From the NCBI GenBank assembly GCA_036172245.1, contig JAYWIR010000016.1, positions 1,364,001-1,428,000 on the forward strand: a DNA stretch of 64,000 nucleotides, read 5' to 3'. A program made the translations under genes and the position numbers. How positions within the stretch are numbered: position 1 is the first letter of the stretch; the number at the start of each line of letters is the position of its first letter. Shown piece after piece: positions 11,830-22,838 of this stretch. This DNA comes from Raillietiella orientalis. Its lineage: Eukaryota. Under the pieces are notes generated by a model. That model was not told where the DNA came from. It saw only the letters and a program-made list of their open reading frames with translations, and searched no databases.

Positions 11830-13830
11830 ATGATGGAAATCCTTTGGGGTTCTTTTCTGTCTACGCTGTTTTTTCCCTTCCAGCATTTTTTTTTTCCTCA
11901 GATTTTTTAGGGTTTTTTTTTTTTGGATCGCTAAGTACCTCAAGAGCCGGTCGCGCGCCTCGCGGCGCACGTGACTTTTTAAGACTGTTCCTTTTTAACA
12001 CTTTCTAACACGCCACCCGCGGAGGGTGCGTGCTACTCTTTAAGATAGGGGGGCATCCCGGAAGGGGTTCGCCCTATGAATCCAGAAAGGCTCGGAGTCT
12101 GTTCCTCTCACGTTTGGGGAGGGGGGATCGCACCTCCCACCCTGGTTGCCTCCGAAGGGAAACCCAGAAGGGAATCTCCTTCCTCATTCTCTCCGGAGGG
12201 ACACCTCCGGAAAGGGGGTGGTCCTCTCCATTTCATCTTCTCCGAAGGGAACTCGGAAAGGATCCCCTCCTGTTCACTACTCTGAAGAGAACCCCGAAGG
12301 GACGCTTCCGAAATTCAGAAGGGGCGCTGCAGCTTCCCGCAGGGGAATCGCTCTCGCTTGCGTCCTTGCACTCTGTGAAGAGGCGACGACTCGGAGGGAC
12401 CCCTGTTGCGGGGGTCCGCTCCTTTGAACAACTGGAGAGGTGCCTGTGAGGGCTCCTGCTCCATCTTGAAACCGGAGGGTCCCCCGATGTGGGGGGTCCG
12501 CTCTCCGTTGTACGACCGGAGAGGGAACTCCCCACTCCTTGGATGCCTGGAAGGACCCGAAGGTCGACTCCCATTATTCCGGCCTTCATCGGGGGCCTCC
12601 GTGCTTAATCCTCCGCCGGTGCCACGCCCGAATATCTCGGCCAACCAGCGTCATTGCAGGAGAAACCCGGAACCCAACGACGCAGTGGCATCAGTTTCTG
12701 CTGGAGTACTCGAACCCGCGACGCACGGTGCCACACGCGGAAGCCTTAACCACAAAGCCCCAGACGCGGGCCGCGGAAGACCGATGCTCCCGCCGCCGTG
12801 GCAGCCGCGGAAGACCTGCCTCCGAGAAGAGGTTCCCCTTTCCCCTCCCCCTCCCGCCTCTCATGAGGGAGGTGAGGAAAACCCCTGCACTTTACCAGGA
12901 GACCCCTCAGGGCAGGCCAAGTGCCGTTCCCGAGAGCTGTCCTCCACCCTCCCTTCCCCCCCCTCTCCCGTAGCACCCGCCACGGCACATCATTTCTCCA
13001 TCCCTGTTACCATGTAAACAAGGTGTGACGACAACAACAGGCGTTCGGACAGCGATAAGGCTCCGGGAGCACGCAGAGAGCAAAGGGAGCGGTAGAGCAG
13101 AGGATGAAGGATGTGGGAACGAGATTACGGGATTACATCCGCAATCGCCCTCGTGATGGATGACGGAAGTTCCCGGGAGCCATGGATACTGAGAGGCGGA
13201 GCTTGTATCACCCAGGAGGAAGCCACAGGAAAAGAAAGGCACGCGGGCGACGCGCAGGCTAGGCGCGATCGCGGGCTGCTCGTTCGGGCAGTTGTAGGGT
13301 CGGGAGTCGACGGACCGCGGGCGGGAGGGATGACGACCCTCCGTGACGCTCGCCCCAAGATGGGAAGAAACGCCGCCGCATCTTAAAACACAGCGTGCTG
13401 CAGGATTTCCAGCCCTGGACCTCGACGGGCACCAAGAAGGCGTCTTGCCGGATGTGGGGCCAAAGGGCGTCTGCTCCTGGCTTGCAATCGCCGACGAGAC
13501 CTGACCTCATCTCCAGGAAAGTAGGGACCACTGCGAGAACGCGTCTCCCGTTCCGAGAAAGCACGCCGACAGTGCCCAAGAAGCACCGGAGGCCGATGCC
13601 CGGGGAGTTGGCTTCCCTCCTCGTCACTCGAGACTGCGGTCTCTCGAGGGTGTTCCTCTGTCCCGGACGGTAGTCCGACCGATGCCCCCAGTGGTATACC
13701 CGCGAGCGGTGGCGGCAGACCTTGGAGGACGCGCTGTCTGCTTGATCAGGGATCTTCCGATGACTTCTCTGCGTGACGGAACCGGCGGCCCCAGTGGTCC
13801 TACGACGACGGCCCTGGGTGTGTTCCGGCA
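11830..13830 (-). mobile_element. LINE 5' half: degenerate ORF1-like region and A-rich spacer
   Basis: PHIRQDAFLVPVEVQGWKSCSTLCFK at about 13380-13460 resembles the V-x-x-x-G-x-x-x-C-x-x-C start of L1/Tx1 ORF1 zinc knuckles. The segment 11830-12780 is homologous to 54560-55170 and 57030-57760 (shared PF[G/N]VLFR peptide). The ORF1 identity is an inference; the repeat status is directly seen. Confidence 0.55.
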
Positions 13831-14149
13831 CTCCTCGGTGTCCTCTGCTCCTGCCCTCCTTCCCTCCCCTTGCCTCCTCTGCTGTGCCAGCAGAGGATTC
13901 GCAGGGATGGAGACGACGTCCGCCTTTTTCCGCCTCCCTCGAACCCCAGACCCTGTCGGGGTCTTGGAACGCCTTCCGGGAAGAGGCTGATCAGAGACCG
14001 CATCCCACACTTTTCCAGCTCCTCTCCCTTGCTTCAGTCTGCCAGTCCGGTAGTCATCTCCCCGTTCCGTGGATGAGGACGTGATCAAGGGACTTCTTCC
14101 ACTCCTCACCCCACCCTCCCTACGCGCGCTTCCCGTTAGGGAGCTCCCT

Positions 14150-15000
14150 GGTCATGGGCTGCGCTTCCCGGCACGTCGTCTGCAAGCGCAGAAACGGACA
14201 GATCCAACAAGATGAGTTGGACTGGTGAGCGCTCGTCAGAAGCTGGGAGGCGGTGTTCCGGCAGGTGCGCGAAGGAAAGGATCACGGGCTCCATCCCTTC
14301 TGCTCTCAGGAACCCGCGTCCGCTGGCAACTGGATATCCTGGGACCTCGCCAATCGATGCTTCTCTGCAGAAGCAGCGGCTGCAGGAGCTGGGAGGTCCA
14401 GGAGTGCCCTCCGGCTAACCTTGTTTGAGAGGTCAACGGAGTCAGGAGAGCGCAGTCTTCAGCACAAGGTGACGGCGACAAGATTAAGGAAGGCAGCAGT
14501 ATCGTCCAGCATCCATTGGATCTGTCCACTTCGAGAAGTCGCCAAGGTGAGGTTGCATATTCCAGGAGCTTCCAGCATAGCAAAGGTCGCCTTCAGCAAA
14601 ACCGTGTCCTTGAAAACGACCGTTTCGCAGCACTGGCAGCGAGATCAAGACGCCGGTAGCTTTCAAATCCTGCGCAATGCTGAAATCGAGCGGACTCGGT
14701 CTCAGGGGAGAGGTTATTCGGCGCCGGGTGCAAGGCCGCTGGTTCAAACCCTCCCAAGAAGGCCCTCAGAGTACTGTGCAGGATTATCCGAAAAGAGCCC
14801 CGTACCACGTCCAGCAAGCATCGAACCAGCGTTTACTTTGCCTTTCCGTTTCCAAAGAGAACTCGGAAGCTGGAGGAGACGCAGGACGCCGCAGCACGCG
14901 GGGAGGCCAAGTTGAAAAACACCTCTGTTCGGGAGGAGAACGTTCTTCACCTCTCTCTTCTCCTCCTCCGTTCCAAACACGTCGGCTCGGAACGGTCCAG
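14150..15000 (-). pseudogene. Degenerate non-LTR reverse transcriptase core
   Basis: Frameshifted motifs occur in the correct order: DLK.YR..ISL (about 14640-14670, domain 2), ALL.SVDLSN..KVSRRALL (about 14400-14455, domain 3 lacking AFD) and SVSALADDV (14172-14198, compare SA[Y/F]ADDV). Confidence 0.6.
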
Positions 15001-15434
15001 CTTCTGTAGACTCTCGGCTCCTGGGAGCCAGGAGCTGCTAGGCGCAGAGAGACTCTCTGAAGACTGGCTGCTTGCTGCAACGTATCGCAGATGTCCCTGG
15101 GTGCGCGCAACCCCCCTCAAGAGCTCCTTTCAGGGGACTTTCGGGTATTCGGGCCAGTCAGCGATTTGCCTGAGTAGAAACACGGAAGCACCCGTTTCCC
15201 CCGCAACCAGGAGTTGGGGGAAAAGAAGAGTCACCTCTGTTCCTCACCCTTGTCCCTGCAAGGGGTCTCGAGCGACCGGTAACGGAGCGCCTGTGACACC
15301 CCGTCGGCATCCCGGGCGTTTGCTGCGTTTTGCAGCTACGAGCGCACGCAGCAAGGACACGAAATTCGTAGAACACTTGCTGCTGCCAAAACGGGAAGGG
15401 AGCTGGACGCTCCCGGGATTTCACCGTCGATTTT

Positions 15435-16950
15435 CACCGGGGATCTCCAGGGCGTTTATTGAAATCAATAAACATTACAATAGGATGGAGCCATTAGCCC
15501 TATCAAGTCCTGTCATTCGCACAGCTTGCCGGGCGTCCGGTGTGCAGACTGGAGAGGATGGCATCGACAGCAGAGGGGATGGGAAAAAGAAAAACAATAA
15601 ATAAATAAATATGTATATGTATATAAATATGTCTAAATCTGGGGGGCATGGGAAAGGGTCACTGCCTGCTGGAGACTGCATCCTCTCCAGGATGCTGGCA
15701 AGTTCTTCTCTGGTTTTCTCCAGGTGGGACCATCCCATCCCGTTGCCCTCCATAAAAAAACATAGGGTGAAGTGGATGGCGTCCCAGCCGCTCCCTCCTT
15801 CACTGGAGTCGTTCCACGCTTTTACAATCTCGCGTAGGCAGCAAAGCGCTACTAGAGATGCTCCCGGAGGCAATGCGTCGCGCACGAAGAGGGGTCCCTG
15901 GGGCTGCCACATGGGATCCGAAGGTCGTCGCTGCAAAGCATCCGGACAACGGCCCCAAGGCAACCCAGTCCACGAGCAAGTTTTTCACCCGGGCAAGCCG
16001 GGGCTTTTATTATTAAAATGGTACAAAGAAAAATTCCATAATAAAGTCTTGTCTTCTCAAAGTCCACGAGCAGGTGCGCGACGGTTTTCCACGTTTTCCT
16101 CCGCACCTGCTGCAATTTGGGTCCACACACGCCCCGTGTCCAGCAATGTCGGCAGGTGTTGCATGGGAGGCTCCGGTGCAACAGCAGAAGCGCCGACTCC
16201 CGCCATTTGAGAGGGAAGTTGTGGTTGTTCAGGAGAGACGGGGTCCACTCGATATCCTAACGGAGAATGCTCAGCAGCTCACCCCAAGACGCAAGTCCTT
16301 TCGGCTGGAGACTTGGAGTCGCAACATCGGTTAGCTGGCTCGTGGTCCAACTAGTGAGCGTCCTGCTTCTGGATGAAATCTCAAAGAAGGCTTCCCATTT
16401 CGCCGGTAGGTTGCTGCTGCCAAGATGCTTCCTCAGGGTAGGCAGCGCCGCGGCAAGGGAAGTCCGTCCTGCCCGCGTACACTTGGTTGGTGGGATGCAC
16501 GATGATCTCCTGGAGCGAGCAGTTGTTGCAGAAGGAGCACAGCAGTCAATGCCGTAACTCCGGTCTCGGCACGTCGATCTTCACCCGCGAGCGCACGGTT
16601 TCCTGCAGATAGGCACTGCCGTTCTCGGGGCGGCAGGAGATCCAGGTGTTCTCCCTGGTCTGTGCATCCACGCGCTGCAGTTGCAGCCCGCAATGACACG
16701 TTGCAGAAGCGCCGTGCAAGGAAAGAAAAGAGTTCCTCGCAGCCGACAACTCGCCTGACCAGGAGGTGTGCCGATTCGTACCAGTGGGTGCTCCAGAGCT
16801 ACACCACTAGCGCCAAAGTTCTCCATTGAAGCTGCCGCTCCAAGCGTTCCAGAGCCATAAGGCCGAGGTCACTATTGCGCCGCGGAGCACACAAGTTCTT
16901 GAGACGGACTCGGGACCTCCCTTTGTGCCACATGCCGTCGAGGAGCCTAC
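15435..16950 (-). mobile_element. L1/Tx1-like LINE, family A, thumb-to-3'-end fragment
   Basis: MWHKGRSRVRLKNLCAPRRNSDLGL, PLFVRDALPP and WSHLEKTREELASILERMQ, followed by the 3' UTR and the terminal motif at about 15435-15455. Confidence 0.82.
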
Positions 16951-16954
16951 TGAA

Positions 16955-18210
16955 TTGACAGTGAGGACCGCCTCGGGGAAAGAGGGGAAGGGGTCCCGAA
17001 AAAATAAATCGAAAAGTTTTCATGTAAGTTTTTACGTGAAGGGAAGGAGGGAAGGATGAGAGGGTCACTGACAATCCTCTGGACCCCTGGCAAGTTCCTC
17101 CCCCATGCACAGGAGGGGTCACTTCGTTGTCCTTCTCAAGAAGGAGCTTGCTATGTAGGTGGCGTTCCCTACTTGGGGAAACGCCTGTCTCCCTGGCCAT
17201 GTCACGGAGGCAGCAGGAAGCTACGATCGCTCGGGCAGGCGGCAATGCGCTGAGCAGGAAGAACGCAGCTTCCTCCGGAGCGAAGCAGGAGAGGCATCTG
17301 TGAGTACTACTTCTCCTCGAGGAATGCTCAGAGGCTCGTCGGAAGGGGTCAGGAGGAAGAAGACTCCGTTTTGCGAGTTCATCCCGACGGAGACCCTCAG
17401 TGAGGATGCCAGATGGTGCACGGACACCCTCGCTCCGAGCGGGCCTGAAAGCCCGGAATGCGATTTCCGTGGTCTGGAAACGAACTGGACACTTCTGGGC
17501 AGCGGGTCGCAAACCCAAAGGGTCCCTCAGATCGATTCCAGGGATGACCGGGAACGCCCTGCGTCCTTCCCGACCGCTCCGAACGAAGAACTGGAGTACC
17601 CATCGGTGCGCTTCTGCCCGCCTCCTCCTCACTTTGCCCTGGGCTCCCTCGGGGCGTCCCAGTCGGCACCGCCACCTTTCCTGCGGTCCAACGGGACCTC
17701 CACTTTCTCCTCCTGAGACGTGTGTAGCCGGCTGGTGATGAAGGACTTCCTCCCTTCCTTCTGCCCATCCAAGTCAACGTGTCCGATCGCGTACCCCAGC
17801 TTCGACGGTTGGCTACCCCGGCGGACAGCTGAATGTCCTGCAGCCCCGCGAACTGTGGTGCCTGATTACAGGAAGCAGCTCGCACGTGGGCGGAGACGGA
17901 CGAGGAGAGCTCAGGAAGAAGGATCTGCCCGCGATTCCCGCAGTGCTTTCTCTGCTCGCCGTGGAAGGTCGTCGGAGACCCCACATGCACACATGACCAT
18001 GAGCACGTGGATAGAGCGCGCCGCCCTTCCCGCGGAGCTGCCCTCCCTTAAAGGGCAAAATAGCAGTGGCCTGCTGGCGAGTTGGAAAGTCTCCTGCGGG
18101 ACCGGCGGCGGGGAGAAACAACCGAACGGTTGGACCTGCTGTGGCTCGAGGTGCCCGACGCTGAGACCAGCTCCTAAGTTCTGAGACCAGTTCACTCGCA
18201 TGGAAATCCC
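16955..18210 (-). mobile_element. L1/Tx1-like LINE, family C, thumb-to-UTR fragment
   Basis: Starts at MRVNW (ccagttcactcgcatgg, identical at 20236-20252). RIPGFQAR...PCTI lies at about 17410-17470. It ends in a T-rich tract and partial UTR (ccccgaggcggtcctc) abutting the next copy. Confidence 0.6.
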
Positions 18211-18224
18211 TCCAGGAGAGCTGG

Positions 18225-18340
18225 TGCGGACCACGGTGTTCCTGAACACCCACATCCTCCCGGTTGAGTAGCGGGAGTCGGCCGGTTTGCCGCTGCACTG
18301 GAGATTGCAATGATGCCCTCCGACCCTCGGCCGGAGGGCG
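18225..18340 (+). mobile_element. Short family A ORF2 fragment in opposite orientation
   Basis: NTHILPVE*RESAGLPLHW aligns with HNRALPLK*HESALLLLHW at about 410-465. Confidence 0.55.
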
Positions 18341-18389
18341 TCTTGCGACGAACCATTGACCCAGGGCAAGAGCCTCTTCGTGGGGTATG

Positions 18390-20280
18390 CACTGCCAACG
18401 GCTTCACCGATCCACGTGCCGGTGGATCGGCGAGGTTCACCTCGGCAACGGGGGGAAGGGGGACAAACAAAAAGCGGAACAAAAAGGAAAGGAAAATACG
18501 TAAGGAAACCTTCAGGCAGGGGATCCCCTGGTGGTGGACTCTCCCTGATCACCTTCCGTCTGACGGTGGTCATCTCCAAGATGGGAGGGTGTGACCCCCG
18601 TGCGGACTTCTGGGACGCACTCTCTGAGGACCACAGGGCAGCCGCGGGCGGACCTGCGACGGTGCCCTAGTTCTTCCGTCCCTTCTCGGCGCAGGCCCTC
18701 GGGAATGACAACCGCTACTTCCATTCATCAACCTGATGAATGGCCAGATCCTCCATCCTCCCTTTCTTCCTCTTTAGTCGCGCCCCTGGAGAGGTTCAGG
18801 TCCCTCGGACCCGGGGGCCGGAAGATCACTGGGGACCTTTCAGTCATCCGGGATGCGCTCCTACCAAGGATCGGCACTCACGCCGGTCTCCGTGGAGACG
18901 CGGACTGCTCCTCCTCCTGCCCTCTTTCTCCGCCTTGAGTCCCGCTAGCAAAGCATGTAGGGTCAAGGCGTCGAGGACGACGACGCCCCTGGAAACGAGG
19001 AATCTTCAATACGAGAAGAGTGAGTGTTGGGGCAGGGTTGCTGCTCTGCCGGCGTTCCAAGCAGGCGGGCCCCAAGGGCGACACTCCGCCCCGCCCTCAG
19101 GCGCGTGGATGGAGGTGCAGGGAGGGAAGGGAAGTCTTCGGAGGTGTTGAGTACAGTGTCCTTGGGGACGCGGGAGCGGGGAGCAAGGGAGCGGGGCGAG
19201 GTGCCGCTGCTCCCATTCGTGCGCGTGCATTCGTGCCGGCGGACGCCGCAGACCTTCCTGCCCTGCTCTTCCCCGAAATGGTCTTGAAGAGGCCTGCAGA
19301 GGTGCCTCCCACACCCTCGCCGACGGCGGAGCATCAGTGCATGTCCTCTTGCCCAGGCGCTCTCCCTAGCTCGGGATCCGGCGTGAAGACGGGCAGCCTC
19401 CCCATGGCTCGATGGACGGGAACGAAAGGGAGCTCGGGGGAAGAAGAACCCGGAGCAGACAGGGCCGATTCTCCCCCTCGGGGTGGAACGCGTTGGCTGC
19501 CCCCTGAGATTTCCCATCGGACAGTCGGTCGGGAGAAGATGTGTCCGGGACTCCTGGAGAGTCCCCTTGAGGGTGGGCGAACGGCTGAGAAAGGACCCCC
19601 TCAAGACAGCTCCTAAGCCTGGGCGAAGTGCCGCGTCCCACAGGTGGAGGGGGTGAGGCAAGGAGGGAAGAAACCGAAGGGACTGTTCCTCCGTTTCTCG
19701 TTTCCAAGGGAGACGTTCCTTTCTTTCATCGGGAGAATGAAGGGGTGGGGAGCAGAGGAGGCGACCAACCCCAGCCGCAGACTCTCCACACGGGATCGGA
19801 AGGATGTGGAGGAGGCGCGCCCTTTCACACCCCAAGACGAGAACACCCAACCCTCCCACCCACCCCCACGGACCCGAAGAAGTCCCCCGGGAGAACGAGG
19901 AGACCTCGCAGGGAGGGGAAGGAACGACCGGAAAGGAGGGAGAGGGGGAACGTGCTGCCCCGCAAGGGACCGCAGCGGTGTCCGATCTAAAGGAGAGTCG
20001 ATTCTCCCGTGGTCACCAAGCTGCCAGCTCGTCTCCCTCCCCTAAGACGAGGGCAGTGTTCCGCCCCAGGGAGCCGGTCCCTCGGATCGGCTGCCGGAGG
20101 AGCACATGGAAATGGGAGCGCCCCCTCCCGAACGCCCGAGGTTCCTCACGGGGGGCTACCCTCCTCCGACCAGCGGGAAGGCGGTAGCCCCGCAGGCCGC
20201 CGTCGACCCCAGAGCGGCGGTTCCTAAGGGTCTTCCAGTTCACTCGCATGGCGGGATCGGCAGGGGACTTCCCCATGCCT
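18390..20280 (-). mobile_element. L1/Tx1-like LINE, family C, thumb-to-3'-UTR fragment
   Basis: MRVNWKTL...DGGL (thumb), LKIPRFQGRR..LDPTCF (finger region) and SHLG near the ORF end, with the UTR stem-loop at 18392-18448. The segment 18530-18730 is homologous to the reverse complement of 52100-52310. Confidence 0.68.
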
Positions 20281-22816
20281 TGGACCCAGTAAAGCGCAAG
20301 GAGGGGAGGAGGAAGGCGACTGCTACTGACAGGGGAGTTCGCGGCCGCCGACCACGGGGGTCATCGACCCGGGGAGGAGGACCCCAAGGAACCCCCTTCC
20401 GTTCTTTTCTTCTGGCCTTCTCCCCTTCTCACGGGACGGAACGGCCGAAGAGGAAGGGCGTCTTGGGCAGACATCCTCCGGTTACTGACGCCCCGCGGCC
20501 TCATCAGGAAGGAGAGACTCCCGGTGGCCAGATGTGGGGGCGTCTCCGTAATGGGAGTGAACCTCCTTGCTGCCTCTTCCCCATGAGCACCCCTCCACGC
20601 GCTCATGTGGACCAGCGCGCGCTCTCCCGGACATACTCTCAAGATGTGACGTCACATTGCTGCTTTCGCTTCTCCAAAGAGCCGGCCCTTCCTCTTCGGA
20701 CGGCCCGTTCAAGGGATAATGTGGGGGGGGGGCAAAGGCATCACGCGGCGGGGAGCCGCATTGCTGCCTCCGCCATTGTCTTCATCGAACGATACAACGC
20801 AGACGCTATCCTCCCGGGGAAGACAACGGGACCGCGGGGCGCCATTCCCGCCGGGATCGCATCCTCCACTCCTCCACAACCGGCCCACATCCCTCATCCG
20901 GTCGATTCCCTCCCTCCCGGTTCAGTCGAGGCGACAGCTCCACGCAGGAGGGCAGCCCCTCGCTGAGCCGCTGCAGCTGCTGGGCGTGCAGCAGCGCCTG
21001 GAATTCCTCCGACCCCTCCCCGGCACCCTTGTACTCCCCCATTCCCCGCCTCACCCCTTTCCTCCTGCACTTTCACGCGCATTCTCGCCTCAGTTTCCTG
21101 CTAGTCCGGTCGTGCGAGCGCCTCCTACGGAGCCACGGGAAGAATCGATAGAGTCGCGGGTATCCCTCTGACTAGGCACCGTCTTTGAGCATCATCCCCC
21201 ATCCGTTTTTCCCCCGAAACGCTTCCCTCCGCCTTGTGCCGGCAAATGAACGAATAAATAAAAAGGCAGCGAAGGGGAAAAAGCAGAAAAAGGCGCGAGT
21301 TCCCCGCCGCTGCCTGCAGACTCTCGAATTGACGCCCCCCCACCCACGTGCACCGAGGTTTCACGGCCGGACATCCGCCCAGCAGGCGACGGTTGGGAAG
21401 TCGCACAACTGGAATTCCTGGTTCGGGAACACCGAGGAACGCGACCCGCGCGATCGCGATGTGCGGCGCCAACGCGGCTGCCCCGATGGCGACGGCGTGG
21501 GATGACCTCACTCTCACTGTTGACCCGCAGACGGGTGGCGCGACACCGGGCAGCCCCGCGAAGACAGCGAGCGCCTTCGCGGGGCCCGACTGCCTACCCG
21601 CCGTCCATTGTCCGCGAGCCCCACACACGGATGCTGTGTCTTCATTGCCCAGCTGAACGCGTGGCGTCCCTCCCGAATCGCTCTCGCTTCCTCCCAACCC
21701 CACAATTCACTCCCTCCGGGAGGTGACGGAACAGCGTCTCGTACGAAATTGCCAAGTCCTCCCTGTACACGTATAATTGCTAATAAATCTGCAAAAAAAA
21801 AAAAAAAAAAACTCGCTCTGCCCCTGCCCCCCCCCCTTTGAGGAATGATAACGTGGAGGCGCTGCCACTCTCGCGACCTTCCCCCCCCCTTCCCCGTCCA
21901 GGAACGCAGGACAAACATGCACGTGAAGAGGAGCTGAAAACAAGGGGGGGGGGAGGGATGCTGCTCTCCCAAAGAGACAATGCGCTCTGCCGCGTTTCGT
22001 GCACGGCACTCGTAAAATAACAAGCAGAAATTTGCAAAGTGTGTTTGGGCACGGGGAGAACCTTGAGCAGTAAAAGGACAAAAAAAAAAAAAGGCACAAA
22101 ACAAAACAAAAAAGAAAGAGTAGGGAAGGGAGGGAAACAGCGAAGCATATGAGGGAAACTTTGAACCCCAACAGGGGAAAAGCGTGGGATGCAATTAAAT
22201 CGCGTTTCATTAAAAGGATGATTACTCGAATGCGCTTCCTAACAGAAAGGAGGAGCAATTCGGATCACATCCTGAAAACAAAAAAAAAAAAAAAAATAGG
22301 GATACGCCGAAGGGAGTCGCACAAAATTGGAAAACGGTCAGAAACCTCGTTGTGCCCCCTTGCAGTGCTTGTGGGACAAAAGGAAGAACAAGAAATGTTC
22401 CGCTATGCAGCCCCAGCATTTTGATTCCATGGAATCCATTCCGGCAGGGGTGGGCGGAGAATGATACTCGCCAGAAGTGACCGGATGAGGAGGAGCAGAA
22501 TCTCGAAGGAGCCGATCCACTGGTCGCAATCGAAGGAGTGGTTCGGTGTGCCTTTCGCAGCGAGGGAGGGGGGAGGTTCGTGCCCTTTCCCACCTAAAGA
22601 CTCTGCGTTTGCTGACGTCGCCGACGTTCTGGGGATCTCCAAAACCATCCCTTGATCTCCAGGATGTCGGAATGCGGGGATATCGTTCGAGAGCGCATCC
22701 CAGGACAAGAGCACGCGAGAGGCCGTACCTGCGTCCTGGATTTTCAGCAAGACGACTTATCTGCTTCTTCCTTATCGCCCTCCGAAATTCGCAGATTGAA
22801 TGTCGCAGGCGGCGTT

Positions 22817-22838
22817 ACACACACACACACATACACAC
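22817..22838. repeat. (AC)n microsatellite, imperfect
   Basis: Direct reading. Confidence 0.85.

Noticed and set aside
14665..14700. LDFSIAQD as RT domain 3
   Set aside because: Too far from the ADD motif. The better-spaced candidate is at about 14400-14455.
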